64,000 nucleotides of DNA from Candidatus Binatia bacterium (GTDB lineage Bacteria; Desulfobacterota; Binatia; UBA9968; JAJDTQ01): NCBI GenBank assembly GCA_963666515.2, contig OY762897.2, positions 2,656,001 through 2,720,000 on the forward strand, written 5' to 3'. Shown here piece after piece: positions 20,597 through 30,024 of the stretch; the stretch's first letter is position 1; every line of letters begins with the position of its first letter. Under the pieces are notes generated by a model. That model searched no databases and was not told where the DNA came from. It saw nothing but the letters and a program-made list of their open reading frames with translations. The position numbers and the translations under genes are program-made.

Positions 20597-20624
20597 ATTC
20601 ACCGTCAACTCGCATTGGTGCGCG

Positions 20625-21809
20625 TCACCGCTCAAGGAACGGCATGACGCGGCGCAGGTAGGCGTCGAACAGCGGAACGGTGAAGGCGGTGTCGCCGTGG
20701 GCGGGACTGTAGATCATGCCTTTGCTGATGAGCTTCGCGCGGGTCGGGGCTACGACGCGGACGGACTGGGCGAGGACTTGGGCGATCTCGCCGGAGCGGT
20801 GCGGGCCGCCGCCAAGCTCGGCCATGGCGCGCAGGTAGCGTTTTTCGGACGGCGCCAAGCGATCGAAGCGGGCGCGAAAGAAGCTGGCGTCCAACTCGGC
20901 CGTAGCTTGGCGGGTGGCGGACTCGACGTCTGAGGCCGTGACCGGTGAGGATGTGGCGCAGTCCCAGCAGTGCTTGCCCCACTCCTGGAGAAAATATGGG
21001 TAGCGCTGGGTGTTTTGCAGCACCGTCTCCAGGGCGTCAGGTTGGAAGGCAACGTCGAGGCGCCTCGCCGGCGCTTCGATGGCGCGCCTTGCGGACCCCG
21101 CATCCAGCGGACCTATCTCCGGGAAGGTGAAGAGCCGTTCGGCGTAGGTCTTGGCGGATGCGGTGCGGGCCACGAGTTGCGGCAGGCCCGCGCCAACCAG
21201 CGTTACCGGCAACCGGCTCTGGGCGGCGCGGTGGAGGGCCGCGATCAGCGCGGCCAGATCGCGTTCCGCGACGTACTGCAACTCGTCGATGAAAAGCGCG
21301 ACGGCCGTGTCCTGATCGCGGGCGGCCTCGCCCACGGATTCCATGAGCGCCGTCAGGTCGGCGTCCAGGTCACCGCTGTCGGCGAGGCCCGGTTCCGGGG
21401 CGAGGTCCAGGCTGATGTTGAGGTTACCGCTCCCAAGCTTGATCGCGCTGACGAATCCCGCCAGCGCCTTCAGCGCCCGGCGCGCCGCATCACTGGCGGC
21501 GGCGAGGCGGTTCATGCGCACCAGCGCCGCGTGTAACGGCGGGACGAGCAGAACCGGCAGCGACCTGTCTTCCGGCGCCTCCAGGAGAAGCGTCGTGAAA
21601 CCGCGACATCGGGCGTCCTGGCAGATGCGGTTCAGGAGCACCGTCTTGCCTACGCCCCGCAAACCCACCATCAGCATGCTCTTTGCCGCCCGCCCGTTGC
21701 GGATTCGGTCCAGGGCGATGGATGCCTCTTCGATCAGCACGTCCCGCCCTGCCAACTCCGGCGGCGGGGTCCCTGCTCCGGGCGCATAGGGGTTCAGTCG
21801 TGGGTCCAT
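20625..21809 (-). CDS. AAA_16-type ATP-binding protein with C-terminal winged helix
   Basis: NPYAPGAG..PPELAGR, GLRGVGKT, FIDELQ. Confidence 0.85.
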   Translation of the reverse strand: MDPRLNPYAPGAGTPPPELAGRDVLIEEASIALDRIRNGRAAKSMLMVGLRGVGKTVLLNRICQDARCRGFTTLLLEAPEDRSLPVLLVPPLHAALVRMNRLAAASDAARRALKALAGFVSAIKLGSGNLNISLDLAPEPGLADSGDLDADLTALMESVGEAARDQDTAVALFIDELQYVAERDLAALIAALHRAAQSRLPVTLVGAGLPQLVARTASAKTYAERLFTFPEIGPLDAGSARRAIEAPARRLDVAFQPDALETVLQNTQRYPYFLQEWGKHCWDCATSSPVTASDVESATRQATAELDASFFRARFDRLAPSEKRYLRAMAELGGGPHRSGEIAQVLAQSVRVVAPTRAKLISKGMIYSPAHGDTAFTVPLFDAYLRRVMPFLER

Positions 21810-21923
21810 ATCAAGTGAAGTTACCCAAGGTTACCTGAAATCGCAAACTTTCGACATGCCGGCGTCTCGTCGATCCATGTCCGCAGGCCGCGCATGTCCC
21901 TGGAGGATGACGGCGACGCGGGA

Positions 21924-23054
21924 TCAGTCGCTGATGTCCTGCAGAAACCAACTCAGCGGCAGCTTCCGTCCCAGGCTCTGCCTCCGGGCGCCCTCGTACA
22001 CTTTGTACGCCGACGCCGCGAACTGGATGGCTATCCCTTGCGTGACGAAGCAAGTGATCTCTTCGGGGTCCGCCCGACCGGGGTAGCGGCCGAGGATTAC
22101 GTCGGACAGGAAGACCCGCTTGTCGTCGTCCAGCAGGCGCTGTTCCCGTTCCAGCCACTCGGTGTCGATGGGCTCGTAGCCGACGGCGGGCCGCCGGTCC
22201 GGGTCGGCCACGTGGTAGTCGGTCCTCGTGGTCCGCGAGTAGACGTACCGGTGGCAGCGGCGGAAGACCTCGTCGTCGATCTCGTTGGGGAGCACCGACA
22301 GCAGGTGTGTGCCCGGCTCCAGCCACTCGCCCTTAACCACCGGCGCCAGCGAGTTGGTGCAGGCGGCGACGATGTCGGCCCCCTCGGTCACCTGACGCGG
22401 ATGGTCCACCGCGGCCACCGGGATTCCCATGAGTTGGCTCGTGCGTTCGGCGAACGCCGCCCGGTGGTCGGGATTGGGGCTGTAGACCGCGATGCGCTTG
22501 ATGGGCCTCACCTTGGCGATGGCCAGCGCGTGGGCCGTGGCCATGCCGGCGGTGCCGTAGATGCCCAGGGTGGCGGCATCCTCGCGCGCCATGTGCTTCA
22601 CGCTGATGGCCCCGGCCGCGCCTACCCGCATGTGCTGGATGTGGCCGTCGTTCATGATCGCCAGCGGGGCGCCGTCCTCGGTGCTGAACAGCACGATCAG
22701 GCCGCAGAACTTGCCCGGCGCGACGCAGTACTTCTTCACTTGGGCTCCCGACGGCGGCAGGATGTCGGACTTCATCCTGATGGCGAGAGCGCCCATGCCG
22801 GGAAGCGCCGAGGCCATGGGGTCCCAGGTGTACCAGCCCTCGCCTCCGGGCCGGGGCACCGAGTGGGTCGCGCGCGTGGCCGTGGCCCGTCCCAGCCCGT
22901 ACTCCCGGTAGGCTTCCTCCACCGCGTCGATGGTGTCCTCCATCGTCAGGACTTGGGCCGCGGTCCGGTTGTCGATGAAGAGCACGCTCCGCCCTTCGAT
23001 GTCCTCGTCCGCCTGAGCGTTGCCGTGGTAGGTGACGTACGCGTCGTGGTCCAT
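21924..23054 (-). CDS. Ornithine cyclodeaminase/mu-crystallin family protein
   Basis: MRVGAAGA, GIYGTAGMA, ADIVAACTNS. Confidence 0.88.
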   Translation of the reverse strand: MDHDAYVTYHGNAQADEDIEGRSVLFIDNRTAAQVLTMEDTIDAVEEAYREYGLGRATATRATHSVPRPGGEGWYTWDPMASALPGMGALAIRMKSDILPPSGAQVKKYCVAPGKFCGLIVLFSTEDGAPLAIMNDGHIQHMRVGAAGAISVKHMAREDAATLGIYGTAGMATAHALAIAKVRPIKRIAVYSPNPDHRAAFAERTSQLMGIPVAAVDHPRQVTEGADIVAACTNSLAPVVKGEWLEPGTHLLSVLPNEIDDEVFRRCHRYVYSRTTRTDYHVADPDRRPAVGYEPIDTEWLEREQRLLDDDKRVFLSDVILGRYPGRADPEEITCFVTQGIAIQFAASAYKVYEGARRQSLGRKLPLSWFLQDISD

Positions 23055-23141
23055 GTTGCGTCCCCGCTCCTTCATTCATGTGTCCTCAATGGCATTGACC
23101 CTTCATTTCGGCTATAGATCGTCGGTGTAAAGGACACAAGC

Positions 23142-23381
23142 GTGATACGAGTTGACCCCCACAAATGCGACGGCTGCGGCATCTGCGTGTACGACTGCGG
23201 CGCCGACGTGTTCCGCTTCACCAACAAGAAGGACAAGGTCTTCCCTTTCGGCAACAAGTACTGCGTCAACTGCTTCCTGTGCGAGCTGGTCTGTCCGGAA
23301 GACGCGGTCGAGGTGGTGCTGCAGCCCAAGAAGAGAAAGGCCGCGGCGGCCACCGAGCCCACCCCCTCGGCAGACACATGA
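23142..23381 (+). CDS. 2x[4Fe-4S] ferredoxin
   Basis: CDGCGICVYDC and CVNCFLCELVCP; ATGA overlap with next gene. Confidence 0.88.
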   Translation: MIRVDPHKCDGCGICVYDCGADVFRFTNKKDKVFPFGNKYCVNCFLCELVCPEDAVEVVLQPKKRKAAAATEPTPSADT

Positions 23382-25054
23382 GCGACGCCATCCCCACCAC
23401 CGACTGCGACGTCCTCATCATCGGCGGCGGCTTGGCCGCGTGCATGGCCGCGCTGGAAGCATCCAAGCGCAACATGGACGTGGTGCTGGTGGACAAGGGG
23501 CGGCTCGGCCGCAGCGGCTCCAGCCCCACGTCCGGCGGCGTACCCCAGGCGGCCTTCGCCCACGCCGACCCGCGCGACAGCAAGGACCAACACTTCCGCG
23601 ACACCATCCTTGGCGGCGACTACATCCCCAACCAGAAGATCGTCCGGGCCATCGTCGACGAGGTCACCGACCGGGTCATCGAGCTGGAGGAGATGGGGCT
23701 GCACTTCAAGAAGACCCCGGACGGCAAGCAGTTTTACCAGGAAAAGCGCCTGGGCAGCTCCTACGCCCGCAGTTGCCCGCCGGTGGGCGGCAGCGTGGGC
23801 ATGCTGGGCTCCCTCCGCAAGGAGGTCTTCAACCGCGAAGTGCAGGTACACCAGTGGACCATGGTCACCAAGCTCCTGCGCCGCAACGGCCGCGTCACCG
23901 GGGCCTTCGGCATCAACGTGCAGAAAGGCACGTACCACGCGTACCGCGCCCGCGCCGTGGTGCTGGCCGGGGGGAGCGCCATCGGCATCCAGAAGTACAC
24001 CAGCGCCAACTTCCTCACCACCGGCGACGCCTACGTCGCCGCCTTCGACATCGGCGCGCCCCTGGCCAACCTGGAGTTCCTGGAGTTCACCCTGATCCCC
24101 GCCCCCGGCGGCCAGGCCATCTCCATGGCCGGGCTGTCCCCCTTCACCAGCAAGGGCGGCCGCTTCTTCAACTCCCTGAACGAGCGCTTCCTGGAACGAT
24201 ACGACCCCGAGCGGCTGGAAGGCACCACCCGCGCCATCCTGGTGGGCGCCACCTACAAGGAGATGCTCGAAGGGCGCGGCCCCGTGTACATGGACCCGTC
24301 CTACATCCCCGACGAGAAATGGGACGACGAGATCCAGTTCGAATACACCCCCAAGCTCGGCAAGGCCGGCATCAACCCCCGCTCCGACCGCTTCGAGTGG
24401 GTGCCCGCGCTGCACACCTTCCTGGGCGGCCTCGACATCAACGAACGCTGCGAGGTGGCCGGAGTGGAAGGGCTCTACGCCTCGGGCGAATCCGCCACCG
24501 GAACCCACGGCTCCAACCGCCTCAGCGGCAACGCCATCGCCAGCGCCTTCGCGCTGGGGGCCCGGTCAGGGAAGTACGCGGCCATCTACGGGGCGGACGC
24601 GGAGATGGGAGAGGTGGACCCGGGCGAGCTGTCCGCCGAGGTCGCCAGGATCGAAGCTTTCAAGGGCGAGGACGGGCTGAACCCGACCGAGCTGCACGAA
24701 GAGATCAAGGACATCGCCTGGGAGAGCACCGGCGTGGTGCGCAACGAGCCCGGCCTCACCTCCGGAGTGGAACGCTTTCGGGAAATCCGCCGCGAAAAGG
24801 TCCCCCGGCTCAAGGCCGGCAACCTCCGCGACCTCATCAAGTCCCTCGAATGCGCCAACCTCTCCTGGGTCGGCGAAATGGTCGCCGCCTGCGCCCTGGA
24901 GCGCAAGGAATCCCGCGGCCAGCACACCCGCGACGACTACCCCGAGCGGGACGACAGGAACTGCCTCAACTGGATCTCGGTGGAGAAGGACGGAGACGGC
25001 GTGAAGCCGGTGGTGAAGCCGATTCCGTTCGAGGATGGGGATTTGAAGCCGTAG
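23378..25054 (+). CDS. FAD-binding SdhA/FrdA/AprA-superfamily flavoprotein
   Basis: IIGGGLAA, GRSGSS, GLYASGE, HGSNRLSGN, RKESRG.H.R.DYP. Confidence 0.88.
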   Translation: MSDAIPTTDCDVLIIGGGLAACMAALEASKRNMDVVLVDKGRLGRSGSSPTSGGVPQAAFAHADPRDSKDQHFRDTILGGDYIPNQKIVRAIVDEVTDRVIELEEMGLHFKKTPDGKQFYQEKRLGSSYARSCPPVGGSVGMLGSLRKEVFNREVQVHQWTMVTKLLRRNGRVTGAFGINVQKGTYHAYRARAVVLAGGSAIGIQKYTSANFLTTGDAYVAAFDIGAPLANLEFLEFTLIPAPGGQAISMAGLSPFTSKGGRFFNSLNERFLERYDPERLEGTTRAILVGATYKEMLEGRGPVYMDPSYIPDEKWDDEIQFEYTPKLGKAGINPRSDRFEWVPALHTFLGGLDINERCEVAGVEGLYASGESATGTHGSNRLSGNAIASAFALGARSGKYAAIYGADAEMGEVDPGELSAEVARIEAFKGEDGLNPTELHEEIKDIAWESTGVVRNEPGLTSGVERFREIRREKVPRLKAGNLRDLIKSLECANLSWVGEMVAACALERKESRGQHTRDDYPERDDRNCLNWISVEKDGDGVKPVVKPIPFEDGDLKP

Positions 25055-25130
25055 CCGGCCGCAGCCCCGTGAACGTCACTCCTTATCCCTGGCTACGAGG
25101 TCGTCTACGTCAACACCTAGGGCGCGTGCC

Positions 25131-25278
25131 AAGGCCGCCAGCAACTTGCGCAAACACGGCGTTGACTTTCGTCTAGCGGCCACCGTGTTCCGGGACCCAC
25201 TCGCATTGACCGTGCGCGACGAAGAGCATAGCACCGGCGACACGTAGAGAACGACGCCAATACGAATCAGGCCAATGA
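25131..25278 (+). pseudogene. brnT: BrnT-family toxin remnant (5' truncated, internal deletion)
   Basis: KAASNLRKHGVDFRLAATVFRDPLALTVRDEEHS, then a frame switch to PATRRERRQYESGQ*. Confidence 0.75.
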
Positions 25279-25350
25279 AACGCGAGTACGACTTCTCCAA
25301 GGGCGAGCGCGGCAAGTTCTATCGACCAAACACCACACTCAATCCGCCGC
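25275..25350 (+). pseudogene. BrnA-type antitoxin N-terminal remnant
   Basis: MKREYDFSKGERGKFYRP with ATGA overlap to brnT; the rest of ORF 25275..25559 looks unrelated. Confidence 0.65.
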
Positions 25351-25653
25351 GTCCCAGCGAAAAGCAAGATCAATCGCCTGCTTCCTCGATCTCATCAGGT
25401 TCCCCGATCATTGATACGAGAATGGTTGGAGGCGTTAGTGAAGGGACACAAGGGGACGGACGCAATCAACGCGTCAAAAGTTGCTGTCATGGTCGCGGCA
25501 ACGATTCCCGAGGAAAAAAGAATGAGGAGGATGGGGGGCCTATCAAGTTAGGTATATAATTCCCACTGGGAACTATCGCGGAACGCTACACGCACGAGGT
25601 TGAGAAAGCCAGTGCAAGGTTGGGCCGGCTGTTGCGCAACGGGGGGAGAGACT

Positions 25654-25869
25654 ATGAGAGCAAGGCACAAGGAAAAGGCGAGGGGTTGGACGAACTGCGA
25701 AATTCACTTGGGGGACTCATCATGGGACAGCTCAGAGAGCTCCGCGAAGTTCGCATGGCCGGACAAGAACGGCAAAATGGCTCGTGGGGGCGAAGTTCCG
25801 GTGGAAGCTCTACCCCAGCTCCTTGAGGCTGCAATTCGGGAGGGATACTTGAGGATCAAGTCCGGTTGA
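25654..25869 (+). CDS. Small hypothetical protein (71 aa)
   Basis: RBS GGGAGAG, ATG; plausible composition. Confidence 0.55.
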   Translation: MRARHKEKARGWTNCEIHLGDSSWDSSESSAKFAWPDKNGKMARGGEVPVEALPQLLEAAIREGYLRIKSG

Positions 25870-25941
25870 TTAGTCAAGTATAGAATTCCCTTTGCTAGCT
25901 ACTATCGGCGATTGATGGGCCTCGCCCGGTTCCGGCCATTT

Positions 25942-26946
25942 TCATTGGGATGACTGTTGACGATGGTGGGCGGCAAGCGAGGCACACATTTCCGCAAGCC
26001 GCCGGCGAAGGCCGGAGGACTCCAGCACGGTCACGCTCTCCCCCCAAGTCACCAGATGCCAACAGATTTCCTCGGTGCCTCCGGCCCTGAAGCGCACCGT
26101 CAGGGAACCGTCACCGCTCTTGATAGTCGTCTGGCTTGGATGGAATCGAAACGCCTTGGCGTCCGGCGCTACGTCGGCATCGAAGCGGAGCACAACATCG
26201 ACGGGTTTCTCCTGGAAGGTGCCGAATGAACGCTCGGCATAGCGCCGCAGGTTGAACGCCGGTTCGCGCTCAAATGTTTCGTCAGTGATCCTGACCTGAG
26301 TAACGTTCGCGAGCCGCCACAGCATGGGGTCCTTTCCCCGATCCGTTCGCCCAACCAGGAAGGCGCGGTTGCCGTAAAGCACTCCGTAAGGCCGCACCCG
26401 CCGCCGTCTCCGCCGTCCCGTTCCTCGGGAAAGGTAGTCGAACTCGATCTTGCGGCGCGCCGTGATCGCATCCCGCACGAGCGAAAGAAGTCCCTCTTCA
26501 AGACATTCCCTCGGGCCTGCGCGCATGGCAAGCCCTTCCGCCTCCATGAGGCTCGCCAGGGCGCTGTTGAACTCTTCGGGGGAGTGGCGGCGTGATGCTG
26601 CCCGCAGCTTGACCACGAGGTCGCGGAGCTTGCCGGCACGTTCCGGGAGTCCAGCATTGTCCAGGCTTCCAGCCGCTGCCTCGATGTCCGCCAACTCGTC
26701 GGGTGAGATTTGAACAAAGGAATGCAGGGCGCGCGACCGAAGTCGCCACCGAATGCGCCGGTCGCCGGTCTCCACGTCCACAGTCTCCAGCGGTCCGAAG
26801 ACCGCCTCAACGGCGTCACGCATCCGCTCCGCCGTGCGCCGACTGACGGAGAACATCTCCTGGATGTCGGCGATGGTCATGCCGCCATGTGCACCCTGGA
26901 GGTGCATGGCGAGGCGAACGTGATCTACGAGGCGTTCGTAACGCAT
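25942..26946 (-). CDS. WYL-domain transcriptional regulator, DriD-like (HTH-WYL-WCX)
   Basis: VSRRTAERMRDAV HTH as recalled for Caulobacter DriD; VRPYGVLYGNRAFLVG; FNLRRYAERSFG; FHPSQ. Confidence 0.88.
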   Translation of the reverse strand: MRYERLVDHVRLAMHLQGAHGGMTIADIQEMFSVSRRTAERMRDAVEAVFGPLETVDVETGDRRIRWRLRSRALHSFVQISPDELADIEAAAGSLDNAGLPERAGKLRDLVVKLRAASRRHSPEEFNSALASLMEAEGLAMRAGPRECLEEGLLSLVRDAITARRKIEFDYLSRGTGRRRRRRVRPYGVLYGNRAFLVGRTDRGKDPMLWRLANVTQVRITDETFEREPAFNLRRYAERSFGTFQEKPVDVVLRFDADVAPDAKAFRFHPSQTTIKSGDGSLTVRFRAGGTEEICWHLVTWGESVTVLESSGLRRRLAEMCASLAAHHRQQSSQ

Positions 26947-27083
26947 GGGACGTGTCCACTTACGACGCTGCACGGAGCGCGCAAGACCGCAAACGAGAAT
27001 CTTTCACCGTACAAGACAGTCGCTGGCGGCGTACCGGGATCCACACGTCAGCTTGTCATCGAAACAACGTGAGGTTTCCTCGC

Positions 27084-27686
27084 CTAAATCCGCAACCCAT
27101 CCCAAGGCGTGAAGCCGATCGTCCGAGGAAGCACCGGCCGTTTCCTGGGGAATTGAAGGGGTTCCCGTCCGAAATGGTTCCGAATCGCGAGCGCAGACGT
27201 CGGAGTATAACGAGCGCCCGCATCGCCAATCATCCCATCCACCGTGATACCGACGTACTGCTTGAGCGCTTCCTGAAGCACGTATTCCACGTTCTCAATG
27301 AGGTGCTCTCGTGGGCAGGTCACTTCCGCCCAGCAGAACCACGTATTGTTCACTATCGCCTGTGCGATCTCCTTCCTTTCGGCGAGATTCTTGGCAACCG
27401 CATTTCGGTTCAACTCCGCTATCGGAGCCTGAAGGAAAGCTTTCAGGTCGGTGGGAAGATAGTACGTTTCGAGGTCACGCAAATGTTCCCACCAGCGCTT
27501 ACCGATGTCGTCGGACTTCCCGACGCCATAGCCCACATAGTTGCCACCGTTGCCACCGGTGGTTGCCAATACCCATAGGTAGACACCTTGGCCGAGGTAG
27601 GGACAGTACCAGTCCGAGAAGGACTGAATCGCCCCCATCGGGATCGATTTCCAATGTAGCTCGTAGGTCGTGGGCACGTCTGTCAC
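27084..27686 (-). CDS. Hypothetical protein with GIY-YIG-like nuclease motifs
   Basis: GVYLW...YVG.GVGKSDDIGKRW.EH and downstream NVEYVL; RBS AGGAGGAG. Confidence 0.6.
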   Translation of the reverse strand: MTDVPTTYELHWKSIPMGAIQSFSDWYCPYLGQGVYLWVLATTGGNGGNYVGYGVGKSDDIGKRWWEHLRDLETYYLPTDLKAFLQAPIAELNRNAVAKNLAERKEIAQAIVNNTWFCWAEVTCPREHLIENVEYVLQEALKQYVGITVDGMIGDAGARYTPTSALAIRNHFGREPLQFPRKRPVLPRTIGFTPWDGLRI

Positions 27687-27822
27687 CTCCTCCTTGGTAA
27701 TTCGTTCACCGTTCCTGAAAAGCCGTCAGCACCCTCGGTAGTCGTCCCAACCGGATATAATGGGAAATCAATGGAAACCATCCTCTTCGGTTCGCTCTCC
27801 CATCGTCCGTCGAACTTCACGT

Positions 27823-29910
27823 TCACGTCCGAAATCCCAGCACTTTCGGCGTATCTGGCTTCGTCTGACTTTCCGCCCACAGCATTGCCGCGAGTGCCTG
27901 CGGATCACTCAAGCATGCGAGAATCTCCGCCTTGCGGTGCACGACGGCGAAGTCTCCAGGCGTCAGTGTAGTAATGTCAGCTACATGAACTACCGGTTCA
28001 AAACCGAAATAGTTGCGGAACGCCTCCTTTGCCTGCTCAGGCGACAGATAATTTAGCACGATCTTGAACGTAAATCGCCGCAGAGTCGCCGGGTCAAGAC
28101 GCTCGCCGAAGTTGGTCGTGAAGGCGACGGGGAGAGGGTGGCTTTCCATCCAGGTCAGCATCTCGTTGACTTGGCTCACCTCCCAGCTTCTTTCGGCGAG
28201 ACGCCGGTCGGCCAGCAGTGAATCGGCTTCGTCGAAGACCAGGAATGCTTCGGCGTCGCGGGCTTCGGCAAAGGCTTCGGCGATGTTCCTCTCGGTTCCA
28301 CCGACCCACATCGACATGAGGTCGGATGCGCGCTTCTGCACGACTTCGAGACCGAGGCGATCCGCGAGATAGCGGACGAACGCGCTCTTTCCGGTGCCCG
28401 GCGGCCCTTGAAGGCACAGGGAGAAGTGATGCGCGCCGGATGCGACGAGGCGGTCCGCGAGTTGCAGCGGGTCCACGTCAGCGCGGATCAGCGCGGGATC
28501 GTACTTGTCGGGCGGCCGTTGAGCCGGCGGTTTGTCGCCCGACAGCACCCGTGCGAGTCCACGCACGCCCCGGCGTACGTCGGTGACGGTCCCGCCACCG
28601 AGCCCTGCAGCGGCGGTGACCCCGGAAGCAACGCCCGGCGTCACGTCGAACTCTCGTGTAAGGGCGTGAGCGTCCTCCTCGGTCGCCTCGATCCCATGGT
28701 GTGCGAGTTGTCGCGCCCAGATCCGCGCTCGGACCTTGGGTGGGGGTTGGCGGAGTTCCAGCGCGAACATCATGCGGCGCAACAGGACCGGGCTGGTCGT
28801 CCCGGCGGCATTCGACGTCCACAGGATGGGCACTGGAGTCTGCTCCAGGAGCCGGTTCATGAATACCTTCGAACCCCCTGCCGAACGCGCGGGAGCCCGA
28901 CGGGACCCCAACAATGCCGCCAGCACTTCTCCCTGCCCGGAAAGCAAATCCTCCATCTCGTCGAAAAGCAGGATCGATCGCCGGTCTTCGGCAAGCAAAC
29001 GTTGGGCCAGTCGGAGTTCCTGTATCCTCTCCTGGCGGGAAGGTTCGCCGCCGGCGGCATCCGATTCTCCCACCACGTACAGCGGTGCTTCCAGGCGGGC
29101 GGCAAGAGTCTTGCAAAACTCGGTCTTGCCTGTCCCCGGCGGCCCATAAACAAGCACATTCACGCCCTTCTGGCCGTTCCGTAACGCCCCACCCAGGATC
29201 CGTTCGAGATGGTCGCGGTCGCCGGCGACATGGTCGAAATCGGGCCAGCACAACTCGCCAGGGCCAGCCTCGTCAAGCAGCAGGCGTTGCACCTCGAAGC
29301 CGCCCTCCCTCGGAACCCAGTGGAGTCGAGTCATCCGGGTGATCAGCGTCAAGTCGCCATCGTCGTCGATGGATACAAGCCCCGATGCCAACAGAGGCGC
29401 GTCGGGCGCCAACCGACGATGGACCGTGGCGGCGGACAGACCAAGCAAGCGCGGGACAAAGGGGTTGTTCACTCCGAAGCCGTTCCTCCTCCAGTGCAAA
29501 TCCTCGAAGAGCGCGTCGATCATCATGGCCACAAGAGACCCAGTGCGGCGGTGCAGCAACAACTCCAAGATCGCGGTATCGGTCCGGGAAAGACGCGTAG
29601 TCCTTGCGAGATGTCTGAGGCGCCTCGCCGTCCGATCCGGGCGTACGTGTCTGGCTGCTGCCAAGGCGGTCCTCGAAGCCAACCCCACACGTTGCCACAC
29701 CCGCGCGGGCACGTCCTGGTCTCGCAACCCCTGTGTCAGCACGCGTGCGGCCTCGTCGTCCTCCCTCAGCAGGTACGGAAGGCCCAGTTGGTCCTCATGC
29801 TGGCTGAGCCAAAGCAGCAGGTTTTTTGCCTCCTCGTCGCGGCCGCGGAGGTGCGGAACAACATTGGACAAGTAAAGGAGGAGGAGACGGCGTTCGTAGG
29901 AAGACAACAT
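27823..29910 (-). CDS. Tandem AAA+ ATPase (two AAA domains)
   Basis: GPPGTGKT/LLFDEMED and GPPGTGKS/LVFDEADS, TTN...LDPATLRRF. Confidence 0.92.
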   Translation of the reverse strand: MLSSYERRLLLLYLSNVVPHLRGRDEEAKNLLLWLSQHEDQLGLPYLLREDDEAARVLTQGLRDQDVPARVWQRVGLASRTALAAARHVRPDRTARRLRHLARTTRLSRTDTAILELLLHRRTGSLVAMMIDALFEDLHWRRNGFGVNNPFVPRLLGLSAATVHRRLAPDAPLLASGLVSIDDDGDLTLITRMTRLHWVPREGGFEVQRLLLDEAGPGELCWPDFDHVAGDRDHLERILGGALRNGQKGVNVLVYGPPGTGKTEFCKTLAARLEAPLYVVGESDAAGGEPSRQERIQELRLAQRLLAEDRRSILLFDEMEDLLSGQGEVLAALLGSRRAPARSAGGSKVFMNRLLEQTPVPILWTSNAAGTTSPVLLRRMMFALELRQPPPKVRARIWARQLAHHGIEATEEDAHALTREFDVTPGVASGVTAAAGLGGGTVTDVRRGVRGLARVLSGDKPPAQRPPDKYDPALIRADVDPLQLADRLVASGAHHFSLCLQGPPGTGKSAFVRYLADRLGLEVVQKRASDLMSMWVGGTERNIAEAFAEARDAEAFLVFDEADSLLADRRLAERSWEVSQVNEMLTWMESHPLPVAFTTNFGERLDPATLRRFTFKIVLNYLSPEQAKEAFRNYFGFEPVVHVADITTLTPGDFAVVHRKAEILACLSDPQALAAMLWAESQTKPDTPKVLGFRT

Positions 29911-29942
29911 GACAATCCCCCATTTTGTGACGTTCTATGGGG

Positions 29943-29977
29943 AGGTTACCGGAATCGTGCGTCAGATTCGGACGCAC
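29943..29977 (-). promoter_or_regulatory. WYL-activator-type promoter: 7-7-7 inverted repeat plus -10
   Basis: GTGCGTC-N7-GACGCAC; on the minus strand TGACGC-N10-TAACCT upstream of the AAA gene. Confidence 0.65.
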
Positions 29978-30024
29978 TTCGCTGTCGTCGAGACAGATTT
30001 GTTCTAGAGTCGAAGCACTTGTTC

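Noticed and set aside
23142-25054. aprBA as a sulfate-reduction marker
   Set aside because: Only superfamily-level similarity; the flavoprotein is shorter and no sat/qmo/dsr genes are present
27683-27880. 65-aa ORF between the AAA and GIY-YIG-like genes
   Set aside because: Overlaps the AAA 3' end, has no RBS or motif; probably spurious
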